DNA from: a virus
Taxonomy: Duplodnaviria; Caudoviricetes
IMG/VR virus record: IMGVR_UViG_3300037248_000068
Coordinates: 1-53,545 of that record
Length of the DNA: 53,545 nucleotides
Strand: one strand, 5' to 3'
Positions 17,144-26,958 of this stretch are shown here, one piece after another. The notes below the pieces were generated by a model. That model was not told the DNA's origin, did no database searches, and worked only from the letters and a program-made list of their open reading frames with translations. Made by a program: the position numbers and the translations under genes. Numbering within the stretch: the stretch's first letter is position 1; every line of letters begins with the position of its first letter.

Positions 17144-17536
17144 ATGGCGAAGCGTGCGAAAGCCCCCAAAAAGAAGGCTGCGAAGCGACCGCACAAGCCC
17201 GGGCAGAGTGAGAAAACTCTTCACATGCTTTGCCAACAATGGCTTGTGAAGTCGGGTTGGTGGGGCAAGCTACTGATCTTCCACGTGCCTAACGAGCGTC
17301 GTGGGGGTATTGGCGCGATCATGCACTTCAGGCGCTTGGGCGTCCGTCCGGGCGTGGCTGACTACCTCATTTTCAACAGTCGAGACGCCGCTATCGAACT
17401 GAAAGACAAGGACGGCGTACAGTCCGAGGACCAAGAGAAATTTCAGCGCCAGTGGGAATCTGCCGGCAAACTGTACTTCGTGGTCCGTACGCTGGAGGCT
17501 TTTCAAGGCACCGTGACCGCGCTGTCGATGTTCTGA
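17144..17536 (+). CDS. VRR-NUC endonuclease / resolvase
   Basis: SEK.L, FHVPNE, GV.PGVAD, IELK...G.QS..Q. Confidence 0.88.
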   Translation: MAKRAKAPKKKAAKRPHKPGQSEKTLHMLCQQWLVKSGWWGKLLIFHVPNERRGGIGAIMHFRRLGVRPGVADYLIFNSRDAAIELKDKDGVQSEDQEKFQRQWESAGKLYFVVRTLEAFQGTVTALSMF

Positions 17537-17547
17537 GAGGACGTTCC

Positions 17548-17763
17548 GTGAATCGTCACTGCCCCTACTGCTTCCGCTACTTCAACCCGGCACCGGACCC
17601 GATGTCGGCCGAGTGCCCCGCCTGCGGAGAAAATCTCAATGGACATTCCGTGGATCGTACTTACGATGCTCGCAGTGGCGTGCTTCGCGGTCTTCGAAGC
17701 ACGCGCATTCCGCCATCCCGAGCGACAGAACACGCTCTCGCGCACGATCTACAACGTCGGTAG
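17548..17763 (+). CDS. Small Zn-ribbon protein, overlapping the next gene
   Basis: GAGG SD, GTG; CPYC...CPAC. Confidence 0.45.
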   Translation: MNRHCPYCFRYFNPAPDPMSAECPACGENLNGHSVDRTYDARSGVLRGLRSTRIPPSRATEHALAHDLQRR

Positions 17764-17872
17764 CAAGTGGCCGCTGTCGATTTTTATTATGGGCATGTTC
17801 GCGGGCGGGCTCGCGGTACATTTCTTCTGGCATTGGTGCCCGGACCTGATGCCGCCGGGCGTCGGCGGCTAG
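17639..17872 (+). CDS. Small two-TM membrane protein
   Basis: GGAG SD; two hydrophobic segments; starts MDIPW. Confidence 0.7.
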   Translation: MDIPWIVLTMLAVACFAVFEARAFRHPERQNTLSRTIYNVGSKWPLSIFIMGMFAGGLAVHFFWHWCPDLMPPGVGG

Positions 17873-18687
17873 ACATGATAAGCAAACATGCCGTCGAATG
17901 CAGTCGTAGCTCCGAGTTTTGAAACGGCGAGAAGCTGTACGGATTGACCACTACCTTGTTCAAGCAAACGAACAACGGCGGTGTTTGGCTGAATGTCACC
18001 GAACGTCGAAGTAAAGCCCGCCGAATTGGTGACGCTGCTAGCATTCACGACGCCTTGGCCGGAATCGCCTGCGGTGTTGGCAGCGGTGAAGGGCAGTCCG
18101 CCAATTTGAGCATCGCCGGTGATGCCGTTCAACGCCGAAATAAGCAAATTAAATCGCACTACTATAAGTCGACCGACTCGCTCGTAACTGCCGTTCTGAC
18201 TTACGTAGGTTACGGGACCGCCGCCCGTAGAGCCGATTAACGTAGGCGTCCAGACGCCCGACGTTATTTCAGCGGCTACCACGGCCACGGCCGCATCTAC
18301 GTAAGCCGTGGTGGCAAGCTGCGTGTCGTTCGTCAGGGGCGCGGCTGTAGGAGCCGTGGGGGTGCCCGTGAGAGCTGGCGATACTGTAGGCGCCCTAGAC
18401 GTGTCAGTAGGATGCACGTGGTCTTGCCGAGCGAACCGCGTCGATACGCCAACTGCCGCAACGCCGTCCATCAGCGGCAGTGCGGTCCCCGGAGTGCCAG
18501 CGTTCGCGATCACGAACGCCGTAGTTGCGATTTGATCGGTGTTGGTCCCTAACGGCGCAGTCGGCGCCGTTACGACGCCGAGGTCAGAAGTGCTGCCGTT
18601 AAGTATCGATGTAAGTTCCAACAGCCAACGATTAAGTGTCGGGTCACGATTGGCAATCGGAGGCGGCGGCGGGATTTTCAGGACCAT
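17869..18687 (-). CDS. Tail fibre / tail needle-like protein
   Basis: Repeated 'PTAPT...TN.TQ.ATTA.V', 'ARQDHVHPTDT', C-terminal 'G.WTP...GSY.RVG.L..V...I.GLPF' domain. Confidence 0.75.
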   Translation of the reverse strand: MVLKIPPPPPIANRDPTLNRWLLELTSILNGSTSDLGVVTAPTAPLGTNTDQIATTAFVIANAGTPGTALPLMDGVAAVGVSTRFARQDHVHPTDTSRAPTVSPALTGTPTAPTAAPLTNDTQLATTAYVDAAVAVVAAEITSGVWTPTLIGSTGGGPVTYVSQNGSYERVGRLIVVRFNLLISALNGITGDAQIGGLPFTAANTAGDSGQGVVNASSVTNSAGFTSTFGDIQPNTAVVRLLEQGSGQSVQLLAVSKLGATTAFDGMFAYHV

Positions 18688-18689
18688 AG

Positions 18690-20165
18690 TTAGGTTCCCG
18701 GCGCGATAACGGCGAACAGTTCATCGATTGTGAACGGCGCCTGCGTGCCGCTGTACTGCAAGCGGAACTGTCTGCGCCGGCCAGTCCCGAACTCACGCCC
18801 GATAGCGCGACGCGTGCCGGGCTGCGGCATGGCGATCTGGCGAACGCCGCGCCACGTAACGCCGCGATCTTCCGACCAATCGAGTTGGAAATTACCGGCC
18901 GCCGGCCCCATGGACGATGTGACATCGATCGAACTGAACGTCTGTCGCGTCTCTTGGCCGCTTGTTCCCGCGGTAATCAGGTTGCCGGCGCTCCCGCCGA
19001 CCCATGGGCTCAGGATGGCGCGCGTGAGTGTACCGGCAGGTTCCGCGGCGCTATTGAGGTCGACTGTGCACACATGGCCAGTATCGAGGCCGACGTAAGT
19101 AACGCCGCCGTCGTGCTCCGTAGCACAACGCGCCGCGTGGTCCGCACGACCCGGGGATTGACGATAAGACCATACGCCAGTCGCAGATGATAGCTCGATA
19201 GACCACTGACCCGGTAAGGTGAGTACATAGAAATCCGCGCCTCCCTGTCCGTACGCGTACGCTGTCAATGTCGCTAGCTGCGATAGCGGCAAGCTTTGCA
19301 GCAGCAAATCAACCCAAACCGGCGATATCGGCTGCCCGGCCTGCCCGTTACAGAGCCACACGCGGCGGTCAGTGGCGACAAACGCGATGTTATCCCGAAG
19401 AACCGCGAGCGACAACCGCGCAGCGAGCCCTACGGAAATTAATGAGTTTGGGTACGCCGTAAAAGCGAAATCCGTCGCGCCGCCCGGGTCGTACCACTGC
19501 TCCAAGGACCGCGAGCCGAGCACCCACAGAACGCGGCCAGATATCGCCAAGTCGACCACCTTGTCTGCTCGCGCTTCCTTCGTGGCGAAGTTGGTCCCCG
19601 GTACGTTCGCCGGCTGCAACGGAACCGAACTGAACATTTTGGAATCTTGATTGGCGTAGAAATTCGACGCGCCCGACCACACAGTAAAGTTGTCCAGTTC
19701 GGCCGTCGCCGAGGGATCGAAATTGATTGATGCGTCAAGCCCTGCGTTCACGACGCCGCCCGCTATCGTCGCCGTGTACGCGGTGCCGGCAAGCGCTGCG
19801 TTTATTGTGTTTCTGTTGGTGGCGATGCACAGCGCCGTGCGGTCCTCCGCAAACCGAATCACTGGCATAGATGGATCGACAGCGACGAAGCCCGCGAGCA
19901 CCGGCACGCCGGTTTCGACGCCGGACCAAATTGAGCCATCCGCGTGTCCAGTCCAAATCGTTTCGAGAGCGTGACCGATGGCGATGCACGGCGCCACAGA
20001 CGGTTGGCATACGGTATCGAGCCCGGGAGCGCCGATGAAACGTACCTTGGACGGCTTACCTTCCTTTTGGTCGCGCGGCACTACGCGCACGTTGACAAGC
20101 TTGCCGGCGCCTTGGTCCAGGTTGTTCGGGTCTTGGAACGATCCGAGGATATCAATGGTTGGCAT
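18690..20165 (-). CDS. Packaged-DNA stabilization / tail hub protein (P22 gp10-like)
   Basis: About 490 aa beta-rich; C-terminal 'L.WSEDRG.TW.......G..R......G.GR.R.FR'; start MPTIDILG. Confidence 0.8.
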   Translation of the reverse strand: MPTIDILGSFQDPNNLDQGAGKLVNVRVVPRDQKEGKPSKVRFIGAPGLDTVCQPSVAPCIAIGHALETIWTGHADGSIWSGVETGVPVLAGFVAVDPSMPVIRFAEDRTALCIATNRNTINAALAGTAYTATIAGGVVNAGLDASINFDPSATAELDNFTVWSGASNFYANQDSKMFSSVPLQPANVPGTNFATKEARADKVVDLAISGRVLWVLGSRSLEQWYDPGGATDFAFTAYPNSLISVGLAARLSLAVLRDNIAFVATDRRVWLCNGQAGQPISPVWVDLLLQSLPLSQLATLTAYAYGQGGADFYVLTLPGQWSIELSSATGVWSYRQSPGRADHAARCATEHDGGVTYVGLDTGHVCTVDLNSAAEPAGTLTRAILSPWVGGSAGNLITAGTSGQETRQTFSSIDVTSSMGPAAGNFQLDWSEDRGVTWRGVRQIAMPQPGTRRAIGREFGTGRRRQFRLQYSGTQAPFTIDELFAVIAPGT

Positions 20166-20166
20166 G

Positions 20167-20850
20167 CTATGACCGCACCATTCGCAACCATTGCTGACCG
20201 CGGGCGTAGTCACGCCAGCGCTTGTTGACGCGCTCCGCGTCCAAGATGATCGGGTCCGTGGGACTGAGCACGCGCCCGTACGATCCCATGATGCTACGCC
20301 CCAAGAGCAGCACGGCGTCGTTGATGCCCTCCGGGGGCAGCGGCACGTTGTCGGTGCCTGCCGGGTTGGACAGTAACGGCACTCGGCCGCCGAATTCAAT
20401 AAGAGCCTGTGCAGTGGTGCGCGGCGGCTGCCAAGCCGTAATCAGCACGGAACCGTCTATCTGCCGCTCTTGGTGCCATTTGGTGATGATACCGGGGTAC
20501 GTTGTCCGTACGACATCGGCGATTGGCACCATGCGCGTTTCGCGGTTTACATTGTTGTTGATATCATTCAAATAAATTGCACGCACCGCAACAGCGTCTT
20601 TCTGCACCAAATATGATGCGTCACCGGTTCCGACCGTGAACGCGTAGATCAACCCCGGCACGCCGGCCGGGAGTTGGGCACCGACGCGCGTAATCAGGTA
20701 CTGGCAAGCACCATCCGCTTGCTCGTTGCGCAGCAAGTCACTGAGTATTGGCACGTTGTTCGCAAGATCGGCCGTCGTCGGGTTTTCAGCGGCGTCGATG
20801 ATGCCGAACCGCCGGAGCGCTTGCGTGATGACGTACGCCGCATTGACCAC
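20167..20850 (-). CDS. Head-tail adaptor (P22 gp4-like)
   Basis: 'I..ALRR.GI....E.PT..D'; located between the capsid and gp10-like genes. Confidence 0.7.
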   Translation of the reverse strand: MVNAAYVITQALRRFGIIDAAENPTTADLANNVPILSDLLRNEQADGACQYLITRVGAQLPAGVPGLIYAFTVGTGDASYLVQKDAVAVRAIYLNDINNNVNRETRMVPIADVVRTTYPGIITKWHQERQIDGSVLITAWQPPRTTAQALIEFGGRVPLLSNPAGTDNVPLPPEGINDAVLLLGRSIMGSYGRVLSPTDPIILDAERVNKRWRDYARGQQWLRMVRS

Positions 20851-20853
20851 TGC

Positions 20854-21480
20854 TCACACCCCTTTTCGCGCCGCCCACGGGGGAGACCATACGATATCCG
20901 CCGGTACGTCTTTGTCAGTGGTCGATACGCCCGCCAACTCCGCGGCGGCGTTCGGCAGCGTCACTGTACGCACAGAACCGGACGGAATGAAAGTGCCGTC
21001 GTAGTCAGCCGGTACGAACGTGTTGAGGTTCGTCACTTCACTCGCCACCGGCTGCGCCAGCGATTGCAGCCCGGCAAAGGAAGCCGTTTTGCCGAGCAGC
21101 GCATAGTACGGGGGCGCCCTCAGCAGCGCAGCAAGCCTCGTGGCGTCGTCTGGAGCCGCTGCGGGCGCGTTGGCATAGTCCGCCGTCGTGCCGCTGGACG
21201 GGCCGTCGCCCCATATGTCGTCAAGATTGTAACGGAGCGGCAGCGGTTCCGGCGGCGGTTCGATTGACTTGTCCGGCGCGACCTGAAAATCAAACACTTC
21301 CGGCCAGGGATCCCAGCACGAGCGCACGCCGCGGCCGGACGACTTGGTGCACACCAAGAGCCCCGTCAGCCGCTCCCGGGCGAGCGTGCGGTACGGCACC
21401 CGCGCATTGCAGCGCGAACAGGCGCCCCATGTTTCATAGGGCGCCAGCTTTGGCTTAGCCGTGTGTACGGGTGCGCCCAC
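20854..21480 (-). CDS. Hypothetical head-associated protein with N-terminal Cys motif
   Basis: GTG start MGAPVHT; WGACSRC...GLLVC...CWDP. Confidence 0.6.
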   Translation of the reverse strand: MGAPVHTAKPKLAPYETWGACSRCNARVPYRTLARERLTGLLVCTKSSGRGVRSCWDPWPEVFDFQVAPDKSIEPPPEPLPLRYNLDDIWGDGPSSGTTADYANAPAAAPDDATRLAALLRAPPYYALLGKTASFAGLQSLAQPVASEVTNLNTFVPADYDGTFIPSGSVRTVTLPNAAAELAGVSTTDKDVPADIVWSPPWAARKGV

Positions 21481-21484
21481 AGAG

Positions 21485-21589
21485 TCACCGGCCTTGCAGG
21501 ATAAACCCGAAATCGTGCCATCCGAGCCAAAGGCCGCCGAAGATGACCCATATGACAAACAAGACCCAAAACAGAATGCCGATGGGCAT
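21485..21589 (-). CDS. Small membrane peptide (34 aa)
   Basis: MPIGILFWVLFVIWVIFGGLWLGWHDFGFILQGR, with AAGGA upstream. Confidence 0.55.
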   Translation of the reverse strand: MPIGILFWVLFVIWVIFGGLWLGWHDFGFILQGR

Positions 21590-21603
21590 GGCGCGCATCC
21601 TTA

Positions 21604-21632
21604 GAAAAACGGCTCCCAGTCACCCGGGAGCC
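21604..21632 (-). terminator. Rho-independent terminator after the major capsid gene
   Basis: GGCTCCC-8 nt-GGGAGCC followed by GTTTTT on the - strand. Confidence 0.8.
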
Positions 21633-21670
21633 AAGGCTAGAGAGACTGACGTCCTCAGTACGCTACCGTA

Positions 21671-22603
21671 CTAAGCGTTGTCGGCGCCGGGGCTCACGTA
21701 CACGGTGCGCCAATCGATGATTGAAGCCGCGCACCGGAACCACATCGCAATAAGCGACGCCTGATTCGACCAATTGCTGTCCTCGCGGGTTTCGAGCTGG
21801 GAGCGTTCCCAAAACGTAAAGCCCTGCCCGTTGTCTTTGTCTTGCTCCGAAGTCTGAATGAAGTAGTTGTCCTTGTCGACAAGGTACGGCGTCTCGACAA
21901 CTTCCGGCAGCGCGCCGGTGGACCGCAGCACGTTGATATTGTTCGTCTGCGCGTTCCACTGCAACGGCGAGCCGAGAATGCGCCGAGTTTCCGGCCCGCT
22001 CTCCGGGGACAGGATGACGCGCTTCGGAAGTACGTTGACGATAAAACCGCGGCCGTTGCGTGTGTACGATACCTGAATAACGGCATTCTCGAACGCCAGT
22101 TCCGACACGTTCGCGGCTATCAGCAAGTTGGACTGCACCCCGGATGCCGTGGGGTGGGATGCCGAGCCGAGCGGTACGCCGTCCGCCCGTACGCCGTTCA
22201 CGGCGTCCACGGCGACCTGCAGCGGCGCGTGGGCGATGTATTCCTCCGTTTGCCGCGCCGAAAAAGCGAGTTCTTTCATCATCCGGCCGCCGACATCTTC
22301 GTACAAGTTGTCGTCCTTGGCTTCCCGCGAAATCGAGACGGCGAGCCCGTAGCTCGCATGCGTCACTTGCGTACGGTAACCTTCGTTCGGCACGTCGAAT
22401 TGGACGGCCTCCAATTCGGGTTGCTGTACGGCGAGCCCGAGGCCGGCGCGCTCCGTCATGAACTCTTCAAACGCTTTTTCGGAGGGCTTCGAATCGAAGA
22501 ACTGCGGGTAGATCGGCATCAGCCGTTCATAGTCCATGCCAAATAAGGCGTAAAGGCCCGGCCAGTATTGCGAGGGCATCAAACTTCTGTCGATGACTTG
22601 CAC
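21671..22603 (-). CDS. Major capsid protein (LUZ24/PaP3-like HK97 fold, 310 aa)
   Basis: 'WPGLYALFGMDY', 'S.KAFEE', 'ISREAKDDNLY', 'DGVPL.S.SHP', end 'DWR.VY.SPGA'; AAGGA SD and terminator. Confidence 0.88.
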   Translation of the reverse strand: MQVIDRSLMPSQYWPGLYALFGMDYERLMPIYPQFFDSKPSEKAFEEFMTERAGLGLAVQQPELEAVQFDVPNEGYRTQVTHASYGLAVSISREAKDDNLYEDVGGRMMKELAFSARQTEEYIAHAPLQVAVDAVNGVRADGVPLGSASHPTASGVQSNLLIAANVSELAFENAVIQVSYTRNGRGFIVNVLPKRVILSPESGPETRRILGSPLQWNAQTNNINVLRSTGALPEVVETPYLVDKDNYFIQTSEQDKDNGQGFTFWERSQLETREDSNWSNQASLIAMWFRCAASIIDWRTVYVSPGADNA

Positions 22604-22657
22604 TTGGTTTTCCTTTCGTGCTAAAGGCCAATACCGCAGGCCACCTGAGAACGAATC

Positions 22658-23179
22658 ATGCGCCATAAAGTACTCAAAATATGCAGCAAGTGCAAGAAAC
22701 CAGCCAAACTAGTTACACACCGCACGATATGCCATCTGTGCAATTTGGGGCGTAAGCGCGCTGTTGCAGCCAAAGCGCAGTCTACGGAGGCAGGCGCCGC
22801 ATACAACCGAACCACAACAGCAGCGTACAGACGAACGGCGCGCGGGCGCGCGGGGCTGCTAATATGGTTCGCAGAGCGGCGAGCGCGGGCCGCGGTGATG
22901 GAGTTTTCGATAGACGCACAAGACATAACAAAACGCGTAGCCACGGGCGTTTGTGAAGCCACCGGGCTGCCTTTCGACATGGCACCCGGCCCTGATAAAC
23001 ACCACGCGAACCCGTGGGCGCCATCGCTGGACCGCCGCGATAGCTCGAAAGGGTACACGCGGGACAATGTGCAAGTAGTCTGTGTAGCTTACAACTACGC
23101 AAAATCAAAATGGTCCACCGAAGTTCTGTTGAGGCTTGCCCGTGCTATCGTTGACGCGAATCACAAAGCGAGCGTATGA
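22658..23179 (+). CDS. HNH homing endonuclease
   Basis: N-terminal CSKC/CHLC; PSLDRRDSSKGYTRDNVQVVC..YN.AK. Confidence 0.85.
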   Translation: MRHKVLKICSKCKKPAKLVTHRTICHLCNLGRKRAVAAKAQSTEAGAAYNRTTTAAYRRTARGRAGLLIWFAERRARAAVMEFSIDAQDITKRVATGVCEATGLPFDMAPGPDKHHANPWAPSLDRRDSSKGYTRDNVQVVCVAYNYAKSKWSTEVLLRLARAIVDANHKASV

Positions 23180-23185
23180 CACGCC

Positions 23186-25138
23186 ATGCCCATGCAACGC
23201 CTCCCAACCCTCAAATTTGATGTTGGCGATCCGGAATCGTTCGGCAACTTGGCCGAAAAGATGGACGTGGAGGAACGCCGGTCTCTCGCGGACGAATTGA
23301 TTATGCTGATTGGCATAGACGAACAGTCGATGGGCGACTGGCTGAGTGAAGCAAACGGCTATCTTGACGCCGTAACGGCGGAAGGGAACATTGCCAAGCC
23401 GCAGGACCGCGAGCAGGAAGGGTCCAACGAGGGTGAGCCGCCGTCTACCGAAATGACACTCTCTGCCGTGATTCAATTCTCGGCGCGCGCCACTGACGCG
23501 CTACTTGGCGAACCCGACCTAGCCAAAGCAAGCGAACCAGACGGCGAAGCGCTCGCAGAGTGGGTATCCAGCCAACTCCGTACGCGGGACCCGAATTGGA
23601 CGCTAGACACTGATCCGCTAGTTGTGCACATGGCCGTGACGGGGCTGGCATGGCGCAAGCGGTCTTTCAGCATTGAAGACAGAGTTTTTCGTTCGTATTT
23701 CCGTACGTGCGGGGACGTCATCATAAACAGCAACGTACGGTCAGTTGAGCGCGCACCGCGCATCACGGATCAATTCGAGCACTATCCGTACGAAATCGAG
23801 CGCTCGATTGAGCGCGGTCATTGGGTTGACTACGACCCCCAATACGACGAAAACGACCCTCAGGCGCCGAAACGATTTTACGAGTGTGATTGCTGGCTTG
23901 ATTTAGACGGCGATGAAATCGACGAGCCATGGACCGCGCTCATATCGCGGGACGACATGGCGGAAGTCGTCAAGCTTACGCCGCTGTGGTCCAAGAGCAC
24001 CGTCGTTGACAGCGACGAAGCGCTGTTTTTCAACCCAATACGCCGGTTCTATCCGTACAGATTCTTGCCGGACCCCAAAGGCGGTTTCTTCCCGATGGGT
24101 TTCGGTAAGCTGCTAGCCCGGGTTGAAAATTCGGCCGATCGGTTGTTTGCTTCGATCGTGGACACTGCAAAGAGCGAAAGCGAGAACGGCGGCGTAGTCG
24201 GCGGTAGCCAGTTCGGACTGCCGGATAAGATCGAAATCAAGGGCAACCGAATCACGTCAATCCCCACGGACGGCACCCCGCTGGATAAGCTGTGGTCGCC
24301 GTTCCCGCAAAAGTCGGTTTCCGCCGGTTCCGTGCAGGTGCTTGAAAAGATCATGACGCTCGGCGACCGGCTGGCCGGGACGTTGAACCTACTGGAGAAC
24401 GCCCCCGCATCGATGACGGCAACGATGGCCCGCGGCGTCATCGACAGCGGCACGCAAGTTCAGAGTGCCGTACACCGCCGCATGGTTGCGTCAATGACGC
24501 AAGAGTTCCGCATGTTCGTACAAATGGCCGCGGCGTACGACATGCTGCCCGAAGGCATGCAAGCTGACGCAAACGGCGTAGCGGTCACGGCAGACCCGCA
24601 ACTCGCCACCGAAATGCACCGCTCCGCACTGGCGGGCATCTACATGCAGATGCTGGAGATGGGCGCGAAAGTACCCGGCAGCTTCAGTATTCAGGAAGTA
24701 GTAAAACGTCTCTGCATGACGCTGCGCCTCCCCGACCCGGAAAAGCTGATCGGCCAGCCGCCGGAACCACAAGCTACGCCGAAAGAAAAGCTTGACGGCG
24801 CTGTGGCGTTGATGAAACAGAAGACCGAAAGTATCAAGGTCACAGGCGCCGTAGCTGTACAGCTTACGCAAGCGCTCAAAAACTTGGTCGAGGCGAGCGG
24901 CGGCATGCTTGACAACAAGGCTGCGTTGCTGACCATGGCGCAACTTGAACATGCCGTACAGCAGATGATGCAGGGAGCGGGCGATGCGGGAACAAGCATG
25001 GACGGAGTGGCTGGCCAGCCCGGAAACGCGGGCACTCCTGGCGTACCTCCGCAGGCGTCGGGACCCGGTGGTGGCGCTTCTGTTCTCGGGGGCGGAAGTG
25101 CCCCCGGTGACGCAGGGGCGGGCAGTGGCTTATCATGA
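23186..25138 (+). CDS. Portal protein
   Basis: 650 aa; 'D..SM.DW', 'A.IQF.ARA', 'Y.FLP...GF..MGFG', followed by GroES and scaffold genes. Confidence 0.8.
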   Translation: MPMQRLPTLKFDVGDPESFGNLAEKMDVEERRSLADELIMLIGIDEQSMGDWLSEANGYLDAVTAEGNIAKPQDREQEGSNEGEPPSTEMTLSAVIQFSARATDALLGEPDLAKASEPDGEALAEWVSSQLRTRDPNWTLDTDPLVVHMAVTGLAWRKRSFSIEDRVFRSYFRTCGDVIINSNVRSVERAPRITDQFEHYPYEIERSIERGHWVDYDPQYDENDPQAPKRFYECDCWLDLDGDEIDEPWTALISRDDMAEVVKLTPLWSKSTVVDSDEALFFNPIRRFYPYRFLPDPKGGFFPMGFGKLLARVENSADRLFASIVDTAKSESENGGVVGGSQFGLPDKIEIKGNRITSIPTDGTPLDKLWSPFPQKSVSAGSVQVLEKIMTLGDRLAGTLNLLENAPASMTATMARGVIDSGTQVQSAVHRRMVASMTQEFRMFVQMAAAYDMLPEGMQADANGVAVTADPQLATEMHRSALAGIYMQMLEMGAKVPGSFSIQEVVKRLCMTLRLPDPEKLIGQPPEPQATPKEKLDGAVALMKQKTESIKVTGAVAVQLTQALKNLVEASGGMLDNKAALLTMAQLEHAVQQMMQGAGDAGTSMDGVAGQPGNAGTPGVPPQASGPGGGASVLGGGSAPGDAGAGSGLS

Positions 25139-25202
25139 ACTCGAAGGAATACTGACGAAAGCCGCGGACGAAGTTGACAAAATACTAGGAGGCGCGAAGT
25201 GA
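24984..25202 (+). CDS. Conserved small protein overlapping the portal C-terminus
   Basis: GGGAG SD; 'W.EW...PET..LL'. Confidence 0.7.
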   Translation: MREQAWTEWLASPETRALLAYLRRRRDPVVALLFSGAEVPPVTQGRAVAYHELEGILTKAADEVDKILGGAK

Positions 25203-25666
25203 GCGTAGGGGTCCATTCATTTCAAATTCCGCACGAGCACGTACAGCCGACGCGCGACATGGTGATTGTCCGCCTGCCCATGCCGCCGTCGAAAATCGGC
25301 AGCATCCTTACGGCGGATGTCACTCGCGACATGATGCAGCACAACGTCATGGCCGGTCGGGTCTTCGCAATGGGGCCGCTCGCGTTCAGTTTCAAGGATG
25401 GCGAAGGCGGCCTGGGGCGACAAGACGTAAAAATTGGCGACTGGGTGCTGTTCCGCCCGTTCGCCGGCACCATGATCCAGGGCGGCAAGCTTGTGAGCAC
25501 GAGCGGCTGGCGGTACGTATCCAGCTTCAACGACGTGATAGGCATCATCCCGGCCGCGCGCATGCCGGACGCCGCGTCGCTGGAGTGGGACTACGCGGAC
25601 GCTGAAACGGAGCCGCCGGCCGCAGCATTCAACTTCAACAGCATCCGGGAGCGCGTCACGGCATGA
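25199..25666 (+). CDS. groES: GroES-like co-chaperonin
   Basis: QPTRDMVIV, G.V.A.GP, VKIGDWV.F..FAG, NDVIG. Confidence 0.85.
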   Translation: MSVGVHSFQIPHEHVQPTRDMVIVRLPMPPSKIGSILTADVTRDMMQHNVMAGRVFAMGPLAFSFKDGEGGLGRQDVKIGDWVLFRPFAGTMIQGGKLVSTSGWRYVSSFNDVIGIIPAARMPDAASLEWDYADAETEPPAAAFNFNSIRERVTA

Positions 25667-26352
25667 ACGACCTGAACACGATGATGCGCGAAGCCGCCCG
25701 CGCGGGTTTGAAGGCGCAGCTCGCAACCGCCGTCACCGAAGGCAACACAGAAGCCGCCAGTAAAATCGCCGACGATATCGCAAAGCTGGACGTATCCACC
25801 GCGCCCAAAGCCCCGCCGTACGGCGACGCCGAGATACGCGCTCACTTGGACAAACAGCCGTGGTTTGGCACGGACCCGAAAAAGTCGGCGAAAGCCCTCG
25901 AATTCGGCAAGACCATGGACCCGAAGAAATTCGCGACGCCGGAAGCTTTCGCCGCGGCAATCGTCAAGGCGGTCGACGATGAATTCAAACCCGCCACCGC
26001 GCCAAAAAAGAAAGACCCGGAGGACCCCGAAGACCCGGAGGACCCCGAAGAGCCGGAGGACCCCGAAGAGCCGGAGGACCCCGAAGACCCGGAAACTGCT
26101 GGCAAGCCGCCCAAGAAACCACGCCGTACGGACGGCCCCGGTAGCGAGGGCGCTCCGAACCGTGCACGCCGTCCATCCGGCCCGTGGACGAAAGTTACCG
26201 ACGCGCCGAAAGACGTGCAAGCCGAAATCAAGCGCCAAACCAGCAAGTTCGTGTCCGCCAGCGCCACAAAAGAACAGCGGGAGGCTTTCGTAACGAAGGC
26301 GTTGGAAAGCCACTACGCCGCCCACTTGCGCAACACCAAAGGAAAGAAGTAG
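25663..26352 (+). CDS. Putative capsid scaffolding protein
   Basis: Position; helical, 'PWFGTD', acidic EDP repeat. Confidence 0.6.
   Translation: MNDLNTMMREAARAGLKAQLATAVTEGNTEAASKIADDIAKLDVSTAPKAPPYGDAEIRAHLDKQPWFGTDPKKSAKALEFGKTMDPKKFATPEAFAAAIVKAVDDEFKPATAPKKKDPEDPEDPEDPEEPEDPEEPEDPEDPETAGKPPKKPRRTDGPGSEGAPNRARRPSGPWTKVTDAPKDVQAEIKRQTSKFVSASATKEQREAFVTKALESHYAAHLRNTKGKK
26014..26094 (+). repeat. Tandem 9-bp repeat, nine copies (DPE/EPE)
   Basis: GA(C/G)CC(G/C)GA(A/G) units. Confidence 0.9.
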
Positions 26353-26355
26353 GTC

Positions 26356-26910
26356 ATGTCCACCAATACTCCGTTCCCGGGCACGGCCGGGCTCGCGCCG
26401 AACCTGATACCGAATCCGCCTCTCGACATGCCGGATGCGCCCGGCCCCGGCGACGCCACGGCGTCACTGTCGCCGTTCAGCGAACCCCAGGACGTCGATA
26501 GCATCATTGCGCAACTCGTGCTTGATAGGCCGTTGAAGCTGTATATCCCCAACCGTGAAAAGTACCCGGGGTGGGAGTTTCGAATTATCAACAGCATTCC
26601 GCAAGAAATCGCGGACGCCCAAAACAAGGGATGGAAGCAGGTTACGGACCCCGAGCTGGCGAAGCTGTTCAATGATCTTGTCGCCGGCACGGACAAGGAA
26701 GGCAAGGCATTTCGGCCGCTGTTGTTCTCGCGGCCGAAAGCAGTCGGCGACCACATCCGCAGGCAGAACCGGCAAAAGCTTCAGAGCCTGTACGCCGGCA
26801 TGGATCCCCGCAACAAAGACCTGGACGGAAAGTACACCGGCAACGTCGGCGACAAAGACGGCACCAAGGGGAGTTTCACCGGAGCCGGGTGGAAAATCAG
26901 AGTGGCGTAG
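26356..26910 (+). CDS. Conserved head-module protein
   Basis: 'PGWEFR.IN......I..AQ.KGW..V'. Confidence 0.7.
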   Translation: MSTNTPFPGTAGLAPNLIPNPPLDMPDAPGPGDATASLSPFSEPQDVDSIIAQLVLDRPLKLYIPNREKYPGWEFRIINSIPQEIADAQNKGWKQVTDPELAKLFNDLVAGTDKEGKAFRPLLFSRPKAVGDHIRRQNRQKLQSLYAGMDPRNKDLDGKYTGNVGDKDGTKGSFTGAGWKIRVA

Positions 26911-26958
26911 GGATCAGCAGCGGCTCGCGTCGTACGCTTGTGCGAGCCGCTTTCTTCT

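Noticed and set aside
26014-26094. Tandem repeat as a CRISPR array or regulatory VNTR
   Set aside because: In-frame 9-bp units with no spacers, encoding an acidic linker
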